Assembly: GCA_038319675.1 (NCBI GenBank)
Contig: JBBQDM010000001.1
Coordinates: 166,457-230,456, forward strand
Length of the DNA: 64,000 nt
Source of the DNA: Vicinamibacterales bacterium
GTDB lineage: Bacteria; Acidobacteriota; Vicinamibacteria; Vicinamibacterales; SCN-69-37
Direction: 5' to 3'
The position numbers were made by a program, and so were the translations under genes. The notes under the pieces were generated by a model, which worked only from the letters and a program-made list of their open reading frames with translations, did not search any database and was not told where the DNA came from. Shown here one piece after another: positions 59,644-64,000 of the stretch. Every line of letters begins with the position of its first letter. Position 1 is the stretch's first letter.

Positions 59644-60638
59644 GTCAACGCCGAGTTACCATACGACTCATGCGCATCCTCCTCTCGGCCTGTCTTCTTG
59701 CGGTGGCTTCCATGACTTCAGGCGTGTCGGCCCAGCCCAACCCGTTCCTGGGCACCTGGAACATGACGGGGACGGGCGACGATTCGGGGTTTGTGTACTG
59801 GCTGAAGGTGGAGCAGGGGGCGGATGGGCTCACGGGTCGGTTTTTGAATCGCGCTGGCAGTCCTGGCAGCCTCGGCGTCGTCAAGGTCGAAGGCGGGGAG
59901 TTGATCTTTCAGTCCGGCCGGGCCGACAACCTGACGGGGCCTGAATACCGCGCACGTCTTGAAGGCGAGCGATTGGTTGGCCGGCACACGTTGCGCAGTG
60001 GCGGGCGGGGCGGAAATCCTGTGACCGAGCGCGTCGTGAATTGGGTTGGTGTGCGCACACCTGCGTGGCCGGTGGTTGATGCCAACGCCGAACACAAATA
60101 CGGCACACCGGTGGTGCTGTTTGACGCCTCCACTACTTCGATGGATGCGTGGGGCGTGCAACACGCCGCCCGACCCATGAACTGGTCTGTGGAAAACGGC
60201 ATGATGGTGAACGTCAAGAGCGCGAACAACCTCGTGTCGAAACAGACGTTCAGCGACTTCAAGCTCGAGGCCGAGTACCGCCTCACCGAGGGCAGCAACA
60301 GCGGCATCTACCTGCGCGGTCGGTACGAAATGCAGGTGTTTGACGATGCCGGCAAGGACACGGCCATCACGGGGCACATGTCAATCTATGGGCGGAAGGC
60401 CCCCGATGTGAACGCCAGCCTGCCTCCAGGCGAGTGGCAGAAAGTCGAGATCGTTTTGATCGGCAACCGCGTGACAGTCACCCTCAACGGCACCCGGATT
60501 CATGACAACGCCGTGATCGAAGGCATTACCGGTGGTGCGCTCGACAACAACGAGCTCGCGCCAGGTCCGATCATGATCCAGGGTGATCACTCCGTCGCCG
60601 CGTTCCGCAAGGTCGTCGTCACACCGATCGTTAAGTAG
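59637..60638 (+). CDS. Secreted DUF1080 (3-keto-disaccharide hydrolase family) protein with an extra N-terminal domain; start 59637 or 59670
   Basis: 333 aa. Signal MRILLSACLLAVASMTSGVSAQ. C-terminal FSDFKLEAEYRL ... NSGIYLRGRYEMQVFDD ... IMIQGDH. Confidence 0.8.
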   Translation: MNRQRRVTIRLMRILLSACLLAVASMTSGVSAQPNPFLGTWNMTGTGDDSGFVYWLKVEQGADGLTGRFLNRAGSPGSLGVVKVEGGELIFQSGRADNLTGPEYRARLEGERLVGRHTLRSGGRGGNPVTERVVNWVGVRTPAWPVVDANAEHKYGTPVVLFDASTTSMDAWGVQHAARPMNWSVENGMMVNVKSANNLVSKQTFSDFKLEAEYRLTEGSNSGIYLRGRYEMQVFDDAGKDTAITGHMSIYGRKAPDVNASLPPGEWQKVEIVLIGNRVTVTLNGTRIHDNAVIEGITGGALDNNELAPGPIMIQGDHSVAAFRKVVVTPIVK

Positions 60639-60652
60639 AAGAAAGACGTCGG

Positions 60653-61834
60653 GTGTCGGCTCCGCTTTTTACCGCGCGCTTCTTCGTCATGTGCGCGTAC
60701 ACCTTCACGGTGTTCATCTCGCTGTTTCAGCTGTTGCCGGCGGCGCCGTATCACGTGCTCGCGCTCGGCGGCACGACGTTTGCCGGCGGGTTGTTCCTCG
60801 GATTCCTCACGTATTCGTCGGCGTTGTCTGCGCCGGTTACCGGGCAACTCGCTGACCGTGTCGGCCATCGCCGTGTGCTGATTGTCGTGAGCCTCGCGCT
60901 GGCGGCGTTTGCTTCGCTGTACGCGGTGATCGAAAACTATCGCCTCCTGCTGGCGCTTGTGTTCGTGCACGGCCTGTTCTGGTCCGCGCTACTCTCGGCG
61001 TCCGGGGCGTACATCACGTCGATCATTCCTGATGGTCGGCGCGCCGAGGGCCTTGGATACTGGGGACTCTCGTCCGTGCTCGCATTGGCTGTGGCACCAC
61101 CACTCGGCTTTTGGGTGTTTTCGTTCGGATGGAAGGCCCTGTGCTTCGAAATCGCGGCGCTTAATCTGCTGATGGCATTTATCGCGTGGCGATTACCGGA
61201 AGAAGCATCCGAGCACAAGAGCACCCGAGCCCGCTCGCGCCTTGCTATCGAATGGCCCGTGATGGCCCTGTCAGTGTCGATGGCGCTGATTGCATTCGGG
61301 TACGGCGGCTTGACGACGTTTTCGGCGCTGTTTGCAGACGAGCTGCAGGTGACTCCGCGCAGTCTGTTTCTGACGTCGATGGCGGTGGCGATGCTGGTGG
61401 GACGACTGGCAATCGGACGAATGCTCGACCGCATCGGGCACCGTGTGGTTTTGCTCCCCTGTCTGCTCATCACGGCTGCGGGCATGGCCCTCTTCGCGGC
61501 GGCGCAGGGGCGGCTCACGTTTGTGCTTGCGGCAGTGGCTTTTGGTTCGGGCTTCGGCTTGCTGTATCCCACGTACAGCGCGTACATCATGGGCCGCATC
61601 CCGCCGTGGCGGCGCGGCGCGGCGTTTGGTGCGATGCTCGCGGCCTTTGATCTGGGGATCGGCAGCGGCTCTACGGGCCTTGGCTGGCTGATTCACCAGT
61701 TCGGATTCCGACCAGCCTTCGGTATCGCCGCAGGCCTCGCATTCCTGGCTGTTCCGTATTTCCTCCTGATGGAAAAACGACTGGGCTTCGACCAGCACCC
61801 GAGCACTGGAGCACCCGAGCACGTGAGCACTTGA
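60653..61834 (+). CDS. MFS transporter (12 TM, YfcJ-like)
   Basis: 393 aa with 12 hydrophobic segments. GTG start. The central loop and C-terminal tail are encoded by GAGCAC-type repeat DNA. Confidence 0.75.
   Translation: MSAPLFTARFFVMCAYTFTVFISLFQLLPAAPYHVLALGGTTFAGGLFLGFLTYSSALSAPVTGQLADRVGHRRVLIVVSLALAAFASLYAVIENYRLLLALVFVHGLFWSALLSASGAYITSIIPDGRRAEGLGYWGLSSVLALAVAPPLGFWVFSFGWKALCFEIAALNLLMAFIAWRLPEEASEHKSTRARSRLAIEWPVMALSVSMALIAFGYGGLTTFSALFADELQVTPRSLFLTSMAVAMLVGRLAIGRMLDRIGHRVVLLPCLLITAAGMALFAAAQGRLTFVLAAVAFGSGFGLLYPTYSAYIMGRIPPWRRGAAFGAMLAAFDLGIGSGSTGLGWLIHQFGFRPAFGIAAGLAFLAVPYFLLMEKRLGFDQHPSTGAPEHVST
61209..61232 (+). repeat. GAGCAC-type repeat units (array E, 3 units) inside the MFS central loop
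   Basis: ccGAGCAC aagaGCACC cGAGCCC encodes SEHKSTRA. It shares the 13-mer AGAGCACCCGAGC with array A. Confidence 0.6.
61793..61834 (+). repeat. GAGCAC-type array (array D, 5 units) forming the last 14 codons and the stop of the MFS gene
   Basis: caGCACC cGAGCAC tggaGCACC cGAGCAC gtGAGCAC TTGA. It encodes HPSTGAPEHVST*. Confidence 0.75.
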
Positions 61835-61868
61835 TTCCTTGGCTGCGATGCGTATCCTTGCTGTACGC

Positions 61869-63596
61869 ATGAATATCCGACTTCGCTCCACCACCATTCT
61901 CGCCACTGCGTTGCTTGTCACCGTGGCCGCTGTGGCCCACGTCACCACCCAGACTCAGAAACCGCCGTCGCCGGCAGACCTTGTGCTCCGCAACGGGCGA
62001 GTTGTGACGGTTGACGATGCCAGGCCGACGGCACAGGCGATTGCCGTCAATGGCGACACGATCGTGGCGGTGGGGTCCGATGCGGAGATTGGCCGCTACA
62101 TCGGGCCCAATACGCAGGTGATCGACCTTGCCGGACAGATGGCGATGCCGGGTTTTGTCGAAGGGCACGCGCACTTCACCGGCATCGGCCAGGCGAAACT
62201 GGGCCTCGAGCTCATGGAGACCGAGAGCTGGGAAGAGATCATCGGCATGGTGCGCGATGCGGTGGCGAAAGCGCGGCCGGGTCAGTGGATCGTCGGTCGT
62301 GGCTGGCACCAGGAAAAGTGGTCGTCGGTGCCGCAGCCGAACGTGGCGGGTTTCCCCCTGCACACGGCGTTGTCGGCAGTGTCGCCCAACAATCCTGTGG
62401 TGCTGACGCACGCCAGCGGTCACGCGTCGTTTGCCAACGCCAAGGCGATGGAGCTGTCGAACATCACGGGGACCACCGCGGCACCTGCCGGCGGCGAAAT
62501 TCTCAAGGACTCGGCAGGTAATCCCACGGGGCTCTTGAACGAAACGGCGATGGGCCTTGTGCGCCGCGGTGCGGGCGAGCCGCCTCCCACAGCAGAAGAG
62601 CGCGAGGCCGAGGCCATGCGTGTGATTGAGCTGGCCGACCAGGAGATTTTGTCGAAGGGTGTCACGAGTTTCCAGGACGCCGGTTCGAGTTTCACGGACG
62701 TCGAGCGATTCAAGCGTGCCATCGACGAGGGGCGTCTGAAGTCGCGACTGTGGGTGATGATTCGCGGCGGCGGCACTCCGGAGCAGCTGTCGCGCGGACG
62801 CCTGATCGACTACGGCAACAAACATCTGACGGTGCGCGCGATCAAAATTTCCGTGGACGGCGCGCTCGGCTCACGAGGTGCGTGGCTGCTCGCGCCGTAC
62901 TCCGACCTTGTCGAAAGCTCAGGTCTCGGTCGCGATCTCGCACCTGTCAGAACGACAGCACAGCTGGCCATCGACCACGGCTATCAGCTATGCCTGCATG
63001 CCATCGGCGACCGCGCCAACCGTGAAGTGCTGGACGTGTTTGAGGAAGCGTTCGTCAAGAACAACCGCAACGGCAAGGATCTGCGGTGGCGTGTGGAACA
63101 TGCGCAGCACATCCATCGCGATGATATTCCGCGGTTCGGCCAGCTTGGTGTGATCGCAGCGATGCAGGGCGTTCACGCCACATCCGATGCGCCGTACGTG
63201 GTGGCGCGCCTCGGTGCCGAGCGCGCCGAAGAAGGTGCGTATGTCTGGAAGAAATTGCTCGACAGCGGTGCCGTTATCGCCAATGGCACCGACGCGCCGG
63301 TGGAAAACGTCGATCCGATTTCGAGTTATTACGCCACAGTGACGCGCATGACCGCGGCCGGCACTGAATTTTTTCCGGCCCAGAAGCTCTCGCGCATCGA
63401 TGGCCTGAAGTCCTACACGTTGTGGGCCGCCTACGCCGCCTTCGAGGAAGACAGCAAAGGCTCACTCACCCCAGGCAAACTCGCCGACATCACCGTGCTG
63501 TCCAAGGACATCACGACGGTGCCGGACGCCGAGATTCGCGACGCCAAGGTGCTGTACACGATTGTCGGGGGCAAAATCGCCTACAAGGGACAGTAA
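61869..63596 (+). CDS. Secreted amidohydrolase-3 (YtcJ-like) metal-dependent hydrolase; start uncertain (61839/61848/61869)
   Basis: MNIRLRSTTILATALLVTVAAVAHV signal. PGFVEGHAHF (HxH). Later HAIGD and NGTDAPVE motifs. Confidence 0.8.
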   Translation: MNIRLRSTTILATALLVTVAAVAHVTTQTQKPPSPADLVLRNGRVVTVDDARPTAQAIAVNGDTIVAVGSDAEIGRYIGPNTQVIDLAGQMAMPGFVEGHAHFTGIGQAKLGLELMETESWEEIIGMVRDAVAKARPGQWIVGRGWHQEKWSSVPQPNVAGFPLHTALSAVSPNNPVVLTHASGHASFANAKAMELSNITGTTAAPAGGEILKDSAGNPTGLLNETAMGLVRRGAGEPPPTAEEREAEAMRVIELADQEILSKGVTSFQDAGSSFTDVERFKRAIDEGRLKSRLWVMIRGGGTPEQLSRGRLIDYGNKHLTVRAIKISVDGALGSRGAWLLAPYSDLVESSGLGRDLAPVRTTAQLAIDHGYQLCLHAIGDRANREVLDVFEEAFVKNNRNGKDLRWRVEHAQHIHRDDIPRFGQLGVIAAMQGVHATSDAPYVVARLGAERAEEGAYVWKKLLDSGAVIANGTDAPVENVDPISSYYATVTRMTAAGTEFFPAQKLSRIDGLKSYTLWAAYAAFEEDSKGSLTPGKLADITVLSKDITTVPDAEIRDAKVLYTIVGGKIAYKGQ

Positions 63597-63614
63597 ACGG
63601 CTCGTCAGCGGCAG

Positions 63615-63836
63615 CTAGTTGCCGCCGCCGGTGCCGCCGCTTTTGCCGCCGCCCTTGGTGCCGTCGCCCTGCTTGCCGTCACCTTTGTCGCCGCTGCTGT
63701 GATCACCGGTCTGGTGTCCGGTGCCTTTGCTTCCGCCGCGGTTGCCATCGATGTCGCCGGCCTGCCGGTTGTCACCCTTGTGGTCGCCATCCTTCGGGTT
63801 GATGATTGCGCTCTGATCCTGGTTCGCCATAGTCAT
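63615..63836 (-). CDS. Small Gly/Asp/Lys-rich hydrophilic protein (73 aa), hydrophilin/KGG-stress-protein-like
   Basis: MTMANQDQSAIINPKDGDHKGDNRQAGDIDGNRGGSKGTGHQTGDHSSGDKGDGKQGDGTKGGGKSGGTGGGN. It has no hydrophobic core. The ORF is from the track. No SD was seen. Confidence 0.5.
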   Translation of the reverse strand: MTMANQDQSAIINPKDGDHKGDNRQAGDIDGNRGGSKGTGHQTGDHSSGDKGDGKQGDGTKGGGKSGGTGGGN

Positions 63837-64000
63837 GGGAACGCTGACTGCAAGACCAGCGCCACCTATTTCGCTGCTGCGTGCGGTCGCAGTGAGTAGG
63901 CGAATGCCTAATGTGTGGAAAGCGAGGCCAGCTAGCTGCTGACGCTGCGTGTCAGACGGTCGACAGCTCGCGCTCTTCCCGCCGCGGCCCCTTGGGGCCG

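Overview
This is a GC-rich, gene-dense bacterial chromosomal segment. I call about 48 protein-coding genes, one of them frameshifted. I found no rRNA or tRNA, no CRISPR array, and no transposase, integrase or phage genes.

The gene content suggests a soil Acidobacteriota-like organism, but this is inference only. The supporting genes are a PadR regulator coupled to a duplicated FtsX-type 'ADOP' permease, a CarboxypepD_reg-type TonB receptor, several Gfo/Idh/MocA and DUF1080 proteins, and an OlsB/OlsA-like pair.

Most genes encode ordinary envelope or periplasmic metabolism: peptidases, aminotransferases, serine hydrolases, sugar oxidoreductases and transporters.

The unusual content is:
1. A 2255-aa secreted mosaic protein (40682-47449) carries an in-frame array of 21 pentapeptide units. 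Nineteen encode identical NPDIS and differ only by synonymous changes.
2. A translationally coupled operon (33979-37966) joins a double methyltransferase (class I SAM MTase fused to an EgtD-like amino-acid betaine MTase) to an Opu-type betaine ABC transporter.
3. A dispersed family of about 7-nt periodic G[A/C]ACC / GAGCAC arrays sits at gene boundaries and inside one MFS gene.
4. A perfectly paired three-way-junction element abuts a Shine-Dalgarno sequence inside an operon (38941-39004).
5. An unannotated 46-aa desulforedoxin-like ORF lies at 12320-12460.
6. Smaller oddities include a frameshifted PP2C phosphatase, an 8-nt tandem repeat in a cytochrome c gene, a 32-bp palindromic PadR operator, and a Gly/Asp/Lys-rich mini-protein.

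All family assignments come from motifs I read in the translations. No database search was run. Many start codons are uncertain because the ORF track takes the longest ORF.
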